In this document: positions 19,301-29,109 of the stretch, piece by piece | Position numbering within the stretch: the stretch's first letter is position 1 | Layout of the letters: every line of letters starts with the position of its first letter | NCBI GenBank assembly: GCA_046597055.1 | Contig: JBKJLC010000037.1 | Span: 64,001-128,000 of the forward strand | DNA length: 64,000 bases | DNA from: Kofleriaceae bacterium | Lineage (GTDB): Bacteria; Myxococcota_A; Polyangia; Haliangiales; Haliangiaceae | Reading direction: 5' to 3' | Notes under the pieces: model-generated | The model's input: the letters and a program-made list of their open reading frames with translations, nothing else | Database searches by the model: none | What the model was told of the DNA's origin: nothing | Made by a program: the position numbers and the translations under genes

Positions 19301-20620
19301 CTCGGTCTGAGCGCCATCGACTTCGTGATCCTGGCGCGCCGTACCGGCGCCGCCGGCAGCGAGCTGGCGTCGCGCGTGATCGCCCACGTACGCGCGACGG
19401 TCAGCGGCATCACCGGGCCGGTCGAGGTTGACTTCGCGCGCCCCACCGCCGCTGTTCCGTCGTGGCCGTACAGCGTGTTCAGCGTCGACGAGGCACTGGA
19501 GACCGCGCGGCTGCTCGGCGACCTGGCGCTGGGCGCTCGCCCGCTCTCCAGCGACGATCTGATGTTGCCGCACGCCGCCGGCGCGCCGTTCACCGTCGAC
19601 ACCGCCGAGATGACCAGCCGCGCCACCGCGGCGCTGGGCCAGCTCGGCGCCGCCCGCAGCGCGCTCGACGCCGCCGTCACGGCTGCCGCATCGCCTTCAC
19701 CGCCACCCACCAGCCTCGACGATCTGCGCGCCGCCTTGTGGACCGCCGCCGGTTTCGGTGTGCGCGAGGCGGTTCCGGTCGACCTCGCCGGCACCGACGC
19801 CGTCGCCCGCGCCGCGCTGCGGGTCCAGGGCGCCACCATGCAGGCCGAGCTGGCCCGCCGCGACGCCGCCGCCAGCGTGGCGATCAGCGGCTTCGACAAG
19901 CTGATCGCCCTGTTCGGCCTCGAGGTGCCCATCCTGGTGCCGTTCACGCCGGCCAACCGCCCCGACCTCGACACCGCACTGGCGCAACCGCCTGGGAATC
20001 CGATCGGAACCCGTCACTGGCTGGAACGGATGGCGCGCCTGCGCGACCCGCTCGACCGCCTGCGGCTGGCCCACCTGGCCAGCGACGCCATGACCGGCAC
20101 CCCGGTGTCGGAGGCCGGTCTGCACTTCGAGATCGCCCAGCTGCCGTTCGTCCCCGGTGCGCCCTGGATCGGCAATTCGTTCGATCCCAGCGAGGCGTGG
20201 CAGCGCCCGCGCGCCGGCACCGTTTCGATCGCGGTCCACCGGCCCGTCGGCTTCGAGTACGCCGGCAGCTGGTCGGGCCTCCTGCTCGACGACTGGAGCG
20301 AGACCATCCCCGCGGCGTCACAGATGACGTCGTACGCGGTCCACCACCAGTCGCCGGGCGCCGAGGCGCCGCAGTGCGTGCTGCTTGCGGTGGCGCCGCC
20401 GACACCCGACGTCCCCCGCTGGGGTCCGTCGCTGGTCGAGGACTGCATCGAGCAGGCCTTCGACGTCGCGCGCATTCGCGCCGTCGACTCCGACCTCCTC
20501 CATCCCTATGCGCTGCTCGTGCCTTGCATCTACCTGGCCGCCAACGTCGCCCCGGACACCATCCGGTCGCCGCTCAGCCACGGGGTCATCCACGAGGCCG
20601 TCATCGCGCCGCCGGAGTGA
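16358..20620 (+). CDS. Large uncharacterised protein (1420 aa)
   Basis: Starts 3 nt after upstream stop; blocks PIALLPVRIETRF..RVYPD, LDTCSHRLDAWITSLA, GGFIHAPS, DDWSETIP..APQCVLLAV. Confidence 0.85.
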   Translation: MPDLSDNIETLDAAYPIALLPVRIETRFVSGRSPELLVRVYPDEIAAELGHLMTSDAAEAARQFWREGWQYADELDAWRRLVQRYPGQVAAALVDEHRPDNWTSRPSGQPTWANAPRPSSPQTATTRVLPDCWIAVGFRKGQQTLRHIGSAIVEPLALSFRRDIEEGAPELIDHDGLQVEPALRWTVDVEEAIKVGMAMRIPITSLDLAQGFDRLVVYGVKTTLSPADTGARLETLLDSHRHSRGLALVPQGTPTNNSSEGGSGYPPPDDADRRFVIERGPPLPTPGSDGDVLAKALGLATGIFDHVEGAGGVEQKRARAMNQALWPCTLGYFLEQMMAPLVSAANVTAIRSHVADFVRGRGPLPAFRVGRVPYGILPVTPLWGSIDGFETALVERLSSWQPRVLEQVPHVARIGRTGDPDADLLGILALDASTREVRLREVVGPAYVRAVLQLLDTDASLGVSERSDLTQRVMTALGMAGSPRVGTMTFSNKAPRIDLPMVAPEPLSEDQTLVDNYITDLLTAKTTEDLEPSPVSRPLLFHLLRQGALVEYHRVAVDLAIAAGLDPKGVPYAQASDRREIELFQVPPPPAGAPSPQPPRRSPSQRFAQTLPVAGGSMLSDWLLNLPTDPAKDHGRQPIRAHVEALKALEGAPTAELERLMTETLDTCSHRLDAWITSLATRRLSARRATHPEGIYLGGYAFVENLRARQAPFPGQTGGFIHAPSASHAAAAAILRNGYLTHENTAEVAIDLSSQRVRRALSLFDGVRHGQQAGAVLGYWFERGLHDRQLDRYIAPFRRLYPLGRLPDAPDEGPDEPIAARNVVNGLALRDALLRRPVLPWTDADILPLVSEADRPAVQVCLAQLEDDVDAAADLLAAESVYQAVQGNTDRAGANLASGAGTGSLPTPGIVTPPTSGTAFTHRVAIVLGGAPTTLAWPASGARRIAEPRLDAWLGNRMGSAAAVQCRARYDQTETTVTMQDLGLSAIDFVILARRTGAAGSELASRVIAHVRATVSGITGPVEVDFARPTAAVPSWPYSVFSVDEALETARLLGDLALGARPLSSDDLMLPHAAGAPFTVDTAEMTSRATAALGQLGAARSALDAAVTAAASPSPPPTSLDDLRAALWTAAGFGVREAVPVDLAGTDAVARAALRVQGATMQAELARRDAAASVAISGFDKLIALFGLEVPILVPFTPANRPDLDTALAQPPGNPIGTRHWLERMARLRDPLDRLRLAHLASDAMTGTPVSEAGLHFEIAQLPFVPGAPWIGNSFDPSEAWQRPRAGTVSIAVHRPVGFEYAGSWSGLLLDDWSETIPAASQMTSYAVHHQSPGAEAPQCVLLAVAPPTPDVPRWGPSLVEDCIEQAFDVARIRAVDSDLLHPYALLVPCIYLAANVAPDTIRSPLSHGVIHEAVIAPPE

Positions 20621-20623
20621 TCC

Positions 20624-22381
20624 ATGCCGTCCATCACCTACTGGAATCGTCTCGAACCCCGCGCGCGCTCTAGCGATCTTACCGGCGCGCTCGCCGCCCG
20701 CGTGCGCGACCCGGCGTGGTTTCTGGCCCGGCAATGGCAGCTCGGTGAGCTGGCTGGCGAGGATGCCGGCTCGCCGGCCTATGTGCGCATCAACGCCGCG
20801 GTGGCGCCGATGGTCGGATGGCAAGGCGCCACCGGTCCGGCGGTGCCGATGCAGGCCAACGTGCCGCTCGAGCGGGCCGCCCTGGCCGAGCCCATGGCCA
20901 CCGACGACATCTCGCGGTGGGCCGAGCTCGGGACCGTGGTCGACACCTTCCTGCTGTTCTACAACGTCGCCGATCTGCGCAGCCACTGGCTCGAGGCGTT
21001 CCCCATCGGTCCCGCACCGTCCGGTGCGCCGGACGACCCGCGCGCCGCACGGCTGCGCTTGCTGTGGCAGGGTCGCGTGATCAACGGGCTGGCGGTATAC
21101 ACGGCAGCCGGACAGACGCCGACGCCGCCGCCGGCGCCCCCACCCGCGGTGCCGGCAACCGTGCCGTCGACGCGCTGGGCCCAGTGCAACCTCGCCATGC
21201 AGGCGTTCCGCGCCTACGTCAACAGCAGCCATCCCGGCAGCCCGATCGGCGCGGCCGATGCCGCGGCGTGGCGGCCCGAGCGGCTCGAGCACGAGCTGCG
21301 CACCGTCACCGGCGAGCCAGGTGCTACGCCGGGCAGCGTCAGCAGCGCGGTGCTGCAGGCGTTCCCCGACCGTACCGGCGACCTGCCCTGGTACGGCTTC
21401 GACCGCGTCGCCGAGGCGGTCCCGTCCGGGCTGCCGGCGTCGGTGCGCACCGACATCTCGCGCACCGTCATTCCCGGCCCGGTGAGGTTCCGCGGCCAGC
21501 CCAACGAGCGGTTCTGGGACTTCGAGGACGGCCGCGTCGACTTCGGGGCGCTGCGTCTCGACCGCCGCGATCTGACCAGCATGTTGCTGGTCGACTTCAT
21601 GCTCGTCCACGGCAACGACTGGTACCTGGTTCCGTTCGAGCAGCCGGTCGGCACCGTGTGCCGCACCGAGCTCACCGTGGTCGACGTGTTCGGCGTCGTG
21701 ACGCCGGTGCCGCGCGCCGAGGACGCCGACCCGGTCGCTCCCGGCAAGCGCTTCTCCCTGTTCGGGGTCACCGGGCTGGCCAACGGCCACCTGGTGCCCG
21801 ACAGCGTCGCCGGCGTGGTGCAGGACGGACGCACCCTCGAAGAAGTGCGCTTCGTGCGCGACGAGACCGCCAACCTGGCGTGGGCGATCGAGCGCTCCAC
21901 CGAGAGTCATCTCGGACGCGCGCTGCCGGGCAGCGAACGCGCCGGCGCCGAGCCACCGTCGCCGATCACCAGCGGCGTGGCACCGCTCCGGTACCAGCTG
22001 CAGTCGCACGTCCCGGTGCACTGGATCCCGTTCCAGGCGGTGGCGCTGCCGCCGGCCACCAGCGGACAGGTGGTGCTGGAGATGGCGTCGCTCCTCGCGC
22101 CAGAGGGTCCGCCCGGCGCAGCGCTCCACGAGGCGCTGCCGGCCGGCAAGATCTTGCGGCCGTCATCGGTGGCTGGGGCGCCGTACCGCGTTCGCGAGGA
22201 AGAGGTTCCGCGCGAAGGCACCCACGTCATCCGCTTCGCGCGCTTCGCGCGCTCCAGCAACGGCGCCAGCCACCTGTGGGTGACCCGCAAGCGCGTCACC
22301 GGACGCGGCGAAGGCGGGAGCGGCCTTCGCTTCGACCGCACCATCCCTCTCGAGACCGTGGTGCCCGGGACCGATCCGTGA
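20624..22381 (+). CDS. Uncharacterised protein (585 aa)
   Basis: Starts 3 nt after upstream stop; blocks DPAWFLARQWQLGELAGEDAGSP, RFWDFEDG, GNDWY, RDETANLAWAIE, GEGGSGLRFD. Confidence 0.85.
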   Translation: MPSITYWNRLEPRARSSDLTGALAARVRDPAWFLARQWQLGELAGEDAGSPAYVRINAAVAPMVGWQGATGPAVPMQANVPLERAALAEPMATDDISRWAELGTVVDTFLLFYNVADLRSHWLEAFPIGPAPSGAPDDPRAARLRLLWQGRVINGLAVYTAAGQTPTPPPAPPPAVPATVPSTRWAQCNLAMQAFRAYVNSSHPGSPIGAADAAAWRPERLEHELRTVTGEPGATPGSVSSAVLQAFPDRTGDLPWYGFDRVAEAVPSGLPASVRTDISRTVIPGPVRFRGQPNERFWDFEDGRVDFGALRLDRRDLTSMLLVDFMLVHGNDWYLVPFEQPVGTVCRTELTVVDVFGVVTPVPRAEDADPVAPGKRFSLFGVTGLANGHLVPDSVAGVVQDGRTLEEVRFVRDETANLAWAIERSTESHLGRALPGSERAGAEPPSPITSGVAPLRYQLQSHVPVHWIPFQAVALPPATSGQVVLEMASLLAPEGPPGAALHEALPAGKILRPSSVAGAPYRVREEEVPREGTHVIRFARFARSSNGASHLWVTRKRVTGRGEGGSGLRFDRTIPLETVVPGTDP

Positions 22382-22622
22382 GGTGTCTCGGTCCTGACCC
22401 ATGCCCTTGACTCATACCCCGGGCTCGTCGGCGCCCTCGGTCGTGCTGCCACGATGCTGCCACGCAGGACGGCATACGGTGGGCAAGGCCGGGTCAGTTC
22501 GGGATCCAAGTGGTTGAAAGCTGTGCAAGCGGCCGTCGGAAATGGCTTCCCAAATAACAGGCAGTAGCCCTTCGGCCCGGCGTCTTGCGCTCGACGCCCC
22601 GCCCAGCCGACCTGCCCAGGCT

Positions 22623-23561
22623 TCACCGCTTCGGGTGAGCGTTCAGCCAGGGAAAGATCTGGGTAGCGGTGGCCGTGATGAAGAGCGTGTGCGGGCCGCC
22701 GACCACGGTCCATGACTCCACGTCGATGCCAGTCGGGCAACTGTCGTACGTCCGGGTGGTGGTCTCGGCGGTGGCATCGCCGATGAGGTCGATGGGCGCG
22801 CCGGGCGTCGCGGTGGTGGCGCAGCCATTGTAGGCGGCCCAACGCTGGTCGCTGCCCAGCGCCGATGGATACGGTGCTGCGGTGCCGTTGACCGTCGTCG
22901 AGCCACCTTCGTAGGCGATCGTCCGGTCATCGGTGCCGTGCGCGTGCAGCACGCTCACGGGCTCCGAGGGCGCACAGGCACCGGGATCGTTGAAGGTGGC
23001 GCCCCCGATCACGGCAATGGCGGCGAAGCGCCCGGCCGAGGCACAGGCCATGCGGAACGCCATGAACCCTCCGTTGGAGTCGCCGACAATGAAGACGCGG
23101 TCGGGGTCGACGTTGTAGGCGGCGCTGATCTCGTCGATGAGACCGTTCAGGTAGGCAACATCATCGACGGTCGAACCGTAGAAGTTGCAGCACGCGTCCG
23201 TCGCGTTCCAGAAATAGCGGCCGCCCTCGTCGAGCGTGCCGGTGGGTGCGATGAGCAGGAATCCGTCAGTTTCGTAGGCGTACGCCAGCCGCGTGACCCC
23301 GGTCACGTAGGTCGTGATCGAGCTGTAGCCGTGCAAGGCGATGACGAGCGGCATTGGTGTCGCGGCCGAGTAGCTCGACGGCACCAGCAACTCCGCCGGG
23401 CGCGTGCCGCCGAACGTTGTCGGCGGTGCGCCGTCCACCGCCGTCGCGTCGACGGCGACGGCGACGGGGCCGCCATCCACCGCGCTGCCGCCCTCACTCC
23501 CTCCGCAGCCGAGGACCGAGGCCAGCACGAGCGGCACCACCATCACTTCGAAAAAGCGCAT
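22623..23561 (-). CDS. PHB-depolymerase/LpqP-family alpha/beta hydrolase lipoprotein
   Basis: Lipobox VLGC; LHG, WNATDACC, GDSNGG nucleophile elbow, HGTDD. Confidence 0.85.
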   Translation of the reverse strand: MRFFEVMVVPLVLASVLGCGGSEGGSAVDGGPVAVAVDATAVDGAPPTTFGGTRPAELLVPSSYSAATPMPLVIALHGYSSITTYVTGVTRLAYAYETDGFLLIAPTGTLDEGGRYFWNATDACCNFYGSTVDDVAYLNGLIDEISAAYNVDPDRVFIVGDSNGGFMAFRMACASAGRFAAIAVIGGATFNDPGACAPSEPVSVLHAHGTDDRTIAYEGGSTTVNGTAAPYPSALGSDQRWAAYNGCATTATPGAPIDLIGDATAETTTRTYDSCPTGIDVESWTVVGGPHTLFITATATQIFPWLNAHPKR

Positions 23562-23673
23562 CGACCAGGGTAGCACGAGCCACGTCAGCGTCGCGCGCAC
23601 GGTCGGCCCGTGGACCGCCGGCCGGAGCCCGCGCCCGATCTGTACGGAGCAGCGGCGGCTCGCTTCGCTCGCT

Positions 23674-24831
23674 TCAGCCGCGGCGGGGCAGCAGGACGGT
23701 GAGCTCGGTGCCGTGGTCGGAGCGCACGTGGATCTCGCCGCCGTGCAGGGTCACCAGGCTGTGCACGATCGCCATGCCCATGCCGGTGCCGCCCTCCTTG
23801 GTCGAGAAGAACGGCTCGAACATCCGGGCCTCGACGTCGGGCGGGATGCCGGGGCCCTGATCGCGGACGCGGAGGGTGACGCCGCCGGGCACGGCCGCGA
23901 GGTCGACCGCGACCTGGCCGCCGGTCGGGCTCGCTTCGATCGCGTTGCGGAGCAGGTTCTGCACGACCTGGTGGATCTTGGTCGCGTCGACGTCGGCGTC
24001 GATCTGGGCCGGGGCCGCGAGCTCGATCGTCACCTCGCGCAGCGCGGCGGCCGGGCGCTCGAGCTCGATCACGTGGCGGGTGAGCGCGACCAGGTCGGCG
24101 CTGGTGGTCGACAGATCGGCGGGGCGCGCGAACGACAGGAACTCGTTGAGCAGCAGGGTCAGGCGCGCGATCTCCTGGTGGACCAGCTCGGCCGCCTGCA
24201 GCAGGCGCGGGTCGCTGTCGGTGCGACGCAGGCGGCGCTCGAGCAGCTCGAGCTGCAGCTTGGCCGCGTTGAGCGGGTTGCGGACCTCGTGGGCCAGGCC
24301 GGCCGACAGGGTCCGCATCGCCGCGAGCTTCTCGGCCTGGGCGTTGCGCTCGCGCCGGACCAGGCGCTCCTCGGCCTCGAGCTGGTAGTGGCGCAGCATG
24401 ATCGCCAGCTCCATGTCGAGCAGCTTGTCGACCGACTCGATCGTCTGCGACCGCTCGGTGGTGACCCGGGCCTCGACCAGCCGGTGGAGGTCGCGGCGCA
24501 GCACGTTCATCGCCGTGAACATGTACTGCTGCGGCAGGCCGATCGTGACGTGGCGGCGGCCGATGCGCGACCGCCGCTCGTAGTAGGCCTCGTCGTGGGG
24601 CCCGGCCAGGCCCGACGCCATCCACTCGACCAGCGTGTCCTTGAGCCGCGCGATCTGGGGCGGCCCCTCGGTGAGCGCGGCGCGGGCGCCGTCGTGCGTG
24701 ACCAGGACGTCGTAGAAGTGTTCGGCGACGGCGGGGAGCTGGTCGCGGACGAGCTCGTGCAGGCGCTGCAGCCGGGTGACGTCGGCAGGCCCGAACTCGA
24801 CGTACCGCTTGAGCTCGTCGAGATAACGCAC
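23674..24831 (-). CDS. Protoglobin (globin-coupled) sensor histidine kinase, NmpU-like
   Basis: N-terminal sensor globin (FYDVL..IGRRHVTIGL); H-box LAHEVRNPL; N, G1, F and G2 boxes. Confidence 0.9.
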   Translation of the reverse strand: MRYLDELKRYVEFGPADVTRLQRLHELVRDQLPAVAEHFYDVLVTHDGARAALTEGPPQIARLKDTLVEWMASGLAGPHDEAYYERRSRIGRRHVTIGLPQQYMFTAMNVLRRDLHRLVEARVTTERSQTIESVDKLLDMELAIMLRHYQLEAEERLVRRERNAQAEKLAAMRTLSAGLAHEVRNPLNAAKLQLELLERRLRRTDSDPRLLQAAELVHQEIARLTLLLNEFLSFARPADLSTTSADLVALTRHVIELERPAAALREVTIELAAPAQIDADVDATKIHQVVQNLLRNAIEASPTGGQVAVDLAAVPGGVTLRVRDQGPGIPPDVEARMFEPFFSTKEGGTGMGMAIVHSLVTLHGGEIHVRSDHGTELTVLLPRRG

Positions 24832-24836
24832 GGGCC

Positions 24837-26237
<1,401 letters not shown>

Positions 26238-26260
26238 TTGATTCTCCTCTGCGACGACAT

Positions 26261-26276
26261 TGCGAACGCTGTGCCA
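26261..26276 (-). promoter_or_regulatory. Sigma54 -24/-12 promoter of the regulator/kinase operon
   Basis: TGGCACAGCGTTCGCA (GG-N10-GC). Confidence 0.7.
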
Positions 26277-26306
26277 GCCCAGGGTAGCGCCGGAACCAGG
26301 TTTTGT

Positions 26307-26352
26307 GCGCAAACCCTGCGCGCGGCAGCGCAGTCGCGCGCAGATCTTGCGG
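26307..26352. promoter_or_regulatory. Tandem enhancer boxes GCGCA-N5-TGCGC
   Basis: Perfect box 26307-26321; one-mismatch box 26338-26352, 31 bp apart. Confidence 0.65.
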
Positions 26353-26413
26353 ATGCCGGATCCCGTGAACGGGCCGGCGCGAGGATTCATTGAATGCATG
26401 GGATCCCACATGG

Positions 26414-26429
26414 CGGTACGAGTCGTGCA
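26414..26429 (+). promoter_or_regulatory. Sigma54-like promoter of the norB remnant/nnrS unit
   Basis: CGGTACGAGTCGTGCA (GG-N10-GC), 14 nt before ATG 26442. Confidence 0.45.
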
Positions 26430-26441
26430 CTCCGGCACGGC

Positions 26442-26644
26442 ATGCGTCGTCTGTGGATCGCTCTTGCCGCCGTGCTGGTCGTGTGATTTGCCGTCCTGGG
26501 CTGGGTTGGCTCGCGGATCTACCAGCTGGCACCGTGTTCGCCGCCGGCGCCTTCGCGTTCGGGTTCGCGGTCGGACGCATGACCATGACCCGGGCCGCGG
26601 CGGTGCCCAAGGCCGACGTCGCCAAGACGCGCAAGCGGAGCTGA
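26442..26644 (+). pseudogene. norB: Internally deleted quinol-dependent nitric oxide reductase (qNor) remnant
   Basis: MRRLWIALAAVLVV*FAVLGWVGSRIYQLAP (qNor-like N-terminus) fused out of frame to TVFAAGAFAFGFAV...* (qNor-like C-terminal helix); directly upstream of nnrS. Confidence 0.7.
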
Positions 26645-26652
26645 CCCGGCCG

Positions 26653-27906
26653 ATGTCCGCGAACCCGCCTGCGATCGTGGCGCCCGCCGGCGCCGGCCCG
26701 CGCTGGTCGGTGCGTCGCCTCGGCGCTGCCCCGCACCGGCTGCTCTTCTTCGCCGGCGCGAGCAACCTGATGCTCGCGATGATGTGGTGGGCGGCCTGGA
26801 TCGTCAGCCTGCGCTGGCCGACCGTGCTCGGGCTCCCGTACCCGCCGGTGTTCCCCGGCTGGCTGCACGCCTTCGTGATGCAGTTCCAGGTGCTGCCGAC
26901 GTTCATCTTCGGGTTCCTGTTGACGACGTTCCCGAAGTGGACGAAGCAACCCGAGCTCGCGCCGCGACGGTTCGTGCCGGTCGGGCTCGCCCTGATCGCC
27001 GGTCAGCTCGCCACGCTCGCCGGGGCGCTCGGCTCGCACGTCGCGATCGTCGTCGGGGTCGGGCTGACGCTCCTCGGCTGGAGCGCCGCGCTGGTCGCGC
27101 TGGCGCCGATGCTGTGGCGCGCGCAGGGGACGACGTGGCATGCGCGGTCCTGCGTGGCCGCGCTCGTGCTGGGGTACCTCGGCATCCTGGCGTTCGCCGG
27201 GTTCCTGCTCGGGGCGTCGCCGAGGTGGGTGCCCGTCAGCATCGACCTGGGCACCTTCGGCCTCTTGCTGCCGGTGTTCTTCACGGTCGCACACCGGATG
27301 CTCCCGTTCTTCGCTGCTGGCGTCGTCGCCGGCTACCAGCCGTGGCGGCCAGGCTGGCTGCTCGCGGCGGTGTGGGCCGCGGCGCTCCTGCACCTGGGGC
27401 TCGGGCTCGCCCATGCCTCGCGCTGGAGCTGGACCGCGGACGGCGCGCTGCTGGTGCTGACCGCGGTCGCGTGGTGGCGGTGGTGGCCACGCGGCGCCCG
27501 GTCGGGGCTCCTCACCGTGCTGTTCCTGGGCCTGGCCTGGTTGCCGATCGCGATGGCGCTGTTCACCGTCGATGGGGTGAGCTTCGTGGCGACCGGCGCC
27601 CACCTGCTCGGGCGTGCCCCCAGCCACGCGCTGTCGATCGGATGCTTCGGGAGCCTGCTGGTCGCGATGGTCACCCGGGTCACCCAGGGGCATTCGGGCC
27701 GTCCGCTGGTGATGCCCGCGGTGGCGTGGTTCACGTTCATCGCGTGCCAGCTGATCGCCGGGGCGCGCATCGCCGCGGAGCTGGTGCCGGACCCGTACGC
27801 CTGGTTCGCGGTCGCGGCGGTCGGGTGGCTGGTCGGGTTCGGTCCGTGGGTGGCGCGGCTCGGCTGGATCTACCTGGCGCCCCGGGTGGACCACAAGCCC
27901 GGCTGA
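26653..27906 (+). CDS. nnrS: NnrS family membrane protein (NO response)
   Basis: APHRLLFF, WLHAF..FIFGFLLT, HALSIG, MVTRVTQGHSGR, PRVDHKPG. Confidence 0.9.
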   Translation: MSANPPAIVAPAGAGPRWSVRRLGAAPHRLLFFAGASNLMLAMMWWAAWIVSLRWPTVLGLPYPPVFPGWLHAFVMQFQVLPTFIFGFLLTTFPKWTKQPELAPRRFVPVGLALIAGQLATLAGALGSHVAIVVGVGLTLLGWSAALVALAPMLWRAQGTTWHARSCVAALVLGYLGILAFAGFLLGASPRWVPVSIDLGTFGLLLPVFFTVAHRMLPFFAAGVVAGYQPWRPGWLLAAVWAAALLHLGLGLAHASRWSWTADGALLVLTAVAWWRWWPRGARSGLLTVLFLGLAWLPIAMALFTVDGVSFVATGAHLLGRAPSHALSIGCFGSLLVAMVTRVTQGHSGRPLVMPAVAWFTFIACQLIAGARIAAELVPDPYAWFAVAAVGWLVGFGPWVARLGWIYLAPRVDHKPG

Positions 27907-28554
27907 TCAGCGGGCCGCGGCGCCGCGGAGCACGAGCACGACCGCCGCGAAGTGACAGATCGCCGCGGCGATCACCAGGGCGTGGAAGACCTCGTGATAT
28001 CCGAACACCCGCGGTGCGGGGTCGGGCCAGCGGAGCGCGTAGGTGAGGGCGCCCACCGTGTAGAGCACGCCGCCGGCGATGATCGCGGCGAGCGCCAGCG
28101 CGCCGGTCGTGGCGGCCACCACCGGCAGGTAGACGAGCACCGACCAGCCGAGCAGGACGTAGAGCGCGGCCGCGATCCAGCGCGGCGCGGTCGGCCACAC
28201 CAGCGCCCGCATCGCCCCGAGGACCGCGCCGGTCCAGATCACGACGAGCAACCGCAGCCCATCGGTGCCGCCGATGCCGAGCGCGCACAGCGGCGTGTAC
28301 GTGCCGGCGATGAACGTGAAGATGGTCGCGTGGTCCGCGCGTTGCCACCACCGCCGTGCCGCCGGCCGCCAGCCGCCGCGGTGGTAGGAGGCGCTCACGC
28401 CGAACAGCGCCGCCAGCGTCACCGCGTACACCGCGACCGGCCAGCGGCCGGTGAGCGCCAGCAAGGCGGCCCCCGCGCCGAGGGCCACGAAGAACGCGAA
28501 CTGGTGCGAGACCCCGCGGAGCCGGGGCGGTGCGCGCAGGATCTCGGTGCTCAT
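27907..28554 (-). CDS. Hemolysin III / PAQR family membrane protein
   Basis: PRLRGVSH, SASYH, DHATIF..AGTYTP, FGYHEVFH. Confidence 0.9.
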   Translation of the reverse strand: MSTEILRAPPRLRGVSHQFAFFVALGAGAALLALTGRWPVAVYAVTLAALFGVSASYHRGGWRPAARRWWQRADHATIFTFIAGTYTPLCALGIGGTDGLRLLVVIWTGAVLGAMRALVWPTAPRWIAAALYVLLGWSVLVYLPVVAATTGALALAAIIAGGVLYTVGALTYALRWPDPAPRVFGYHEVFHALVIAAAICHFAAVVLVLRGAAAR

Positions 28555-28644
28555 GACCGCAGGGTGCGCCCGGGTCCGTCACGGTCGGGTCGGGCCTCGC
28601 TCACGATGTGCACAGGAGCCGTGGCCCGCCCGGCCGCCCCTGCG

Positions 28645-28890
28645 TCAGTCGAAGATCTCCCACCACGACCGGCGCTTGCCACCGGCGCGGCGGTCGTCGT
28701 CGCGGTCGTCGTCGTCGTCGCGCTGGGCGTCGCGGTGGTCGGGGCCCTCGGCCGGCGCCGCGCGGGCGATCAGCTTCTCGAGCTCGCCTCGATCGAGCCA
28801 GATGCCGCGGCAGCCGTCGCACCGGTCGATGGTGACCCCATCTCGCTCGACCTCGGTCAGCTGCGAGGTTTCGCAACGGGGACAGGTCAT
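28645..28890 (-). CDS. zf-TFIIB zinc-ribbon protein (81 aa)
   Basis: MTCPRC..IDRCDGCRGIWLDRGELEK..KRRSWWEIFD; AGGAG RBS. Confidence 0.85.
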   Translation of the reverse strand: MTCPRCETSQLTEVERDGVTIDRCDGCRGIWLDRGELEKLIARAAPAEGPDHRDAQRDDDDDRDDDRRAGGKRRSWWEIFD

Positions 28891-28968
28891 GGCTCGACTC
28901 CTGGATGGTTGATGAGAACGTTCGGTCGGCATCGGTCCCCAAGTTGACGCGTGGACGGCCCCGGGCAA

Positions 28969-29005
28969 TGCGGAAGAGTCGAAGTGACGGCTCCGCTTTC
29001 TCGAA
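28969..29005. promoter_or_regulatory. Putative LysR (NhaR-type) operator pair between divergent genes
   Basis: TGCG-N7-CGAA and TCCG-N6-CGAA with the CGAA half-sites 22 bp apart. Confidence 0.35.
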
Positions 29006-29109
29006 CCGAGGGGGGCGTGGATGGTTTGGCGGAAGCGAAGCCTCGGCGCCGGATTTGGGCATCGACGTGCCGGCCGGGGCGCCCTATCGAGAGCAACCTG
29101 GAGGCCCCC

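Larger units (their letters stand above)
5383..22570. mobile_element. Putative integrative island bounded by att-like repeats; no integrase seen
   Basis: TTACAGGCAGTAACCC (5383-5398) vs TAACAGGCAGTAGCCC (22555-22570); tandem GCTGCCACG inside both ends; transposase remnant and AT-richer cargo. Confidence 0.5.

Noticed and set aside
13073..22129. Long minus-strand ORFs (627, 928 and 603 aa) opposite the giant operon, and similar long ORFs elsewhere
   Set aside because: Antisense or frame shadows typical of high-GC coding DNA; no motifs, and the opposite frame has the coupling and codon bias
22540..22575. tRNA fragment or dif site at the right island end
   Set aside because: No cloverleaf or T-arm, and no XerD-type TTATGT arm
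26484..26486. Selenocysteine or readthrough at in-frame TGA codons (also 6966-6968)
   Set aside because: The 26484 position is in a TM helix of an already deleted gene; 6966 joins unrelated sequences; no SECIS recognised
26527..26542. Sigma54-like TGGCACCGTGTTCGCC upstream of nnrS
   Set aside because: Spans the norB deletion junction inside former coding sequence; probably coincidental, though it cannot be fully excluded
28560..28600. Resemblance to the nhaA-I riboswitch (GGGTG...GGTCGGGCC)
   Set aside because: Wrong orientation for the adjacent gene, and the structure cannot be supported by eye; needs an Infernal scan
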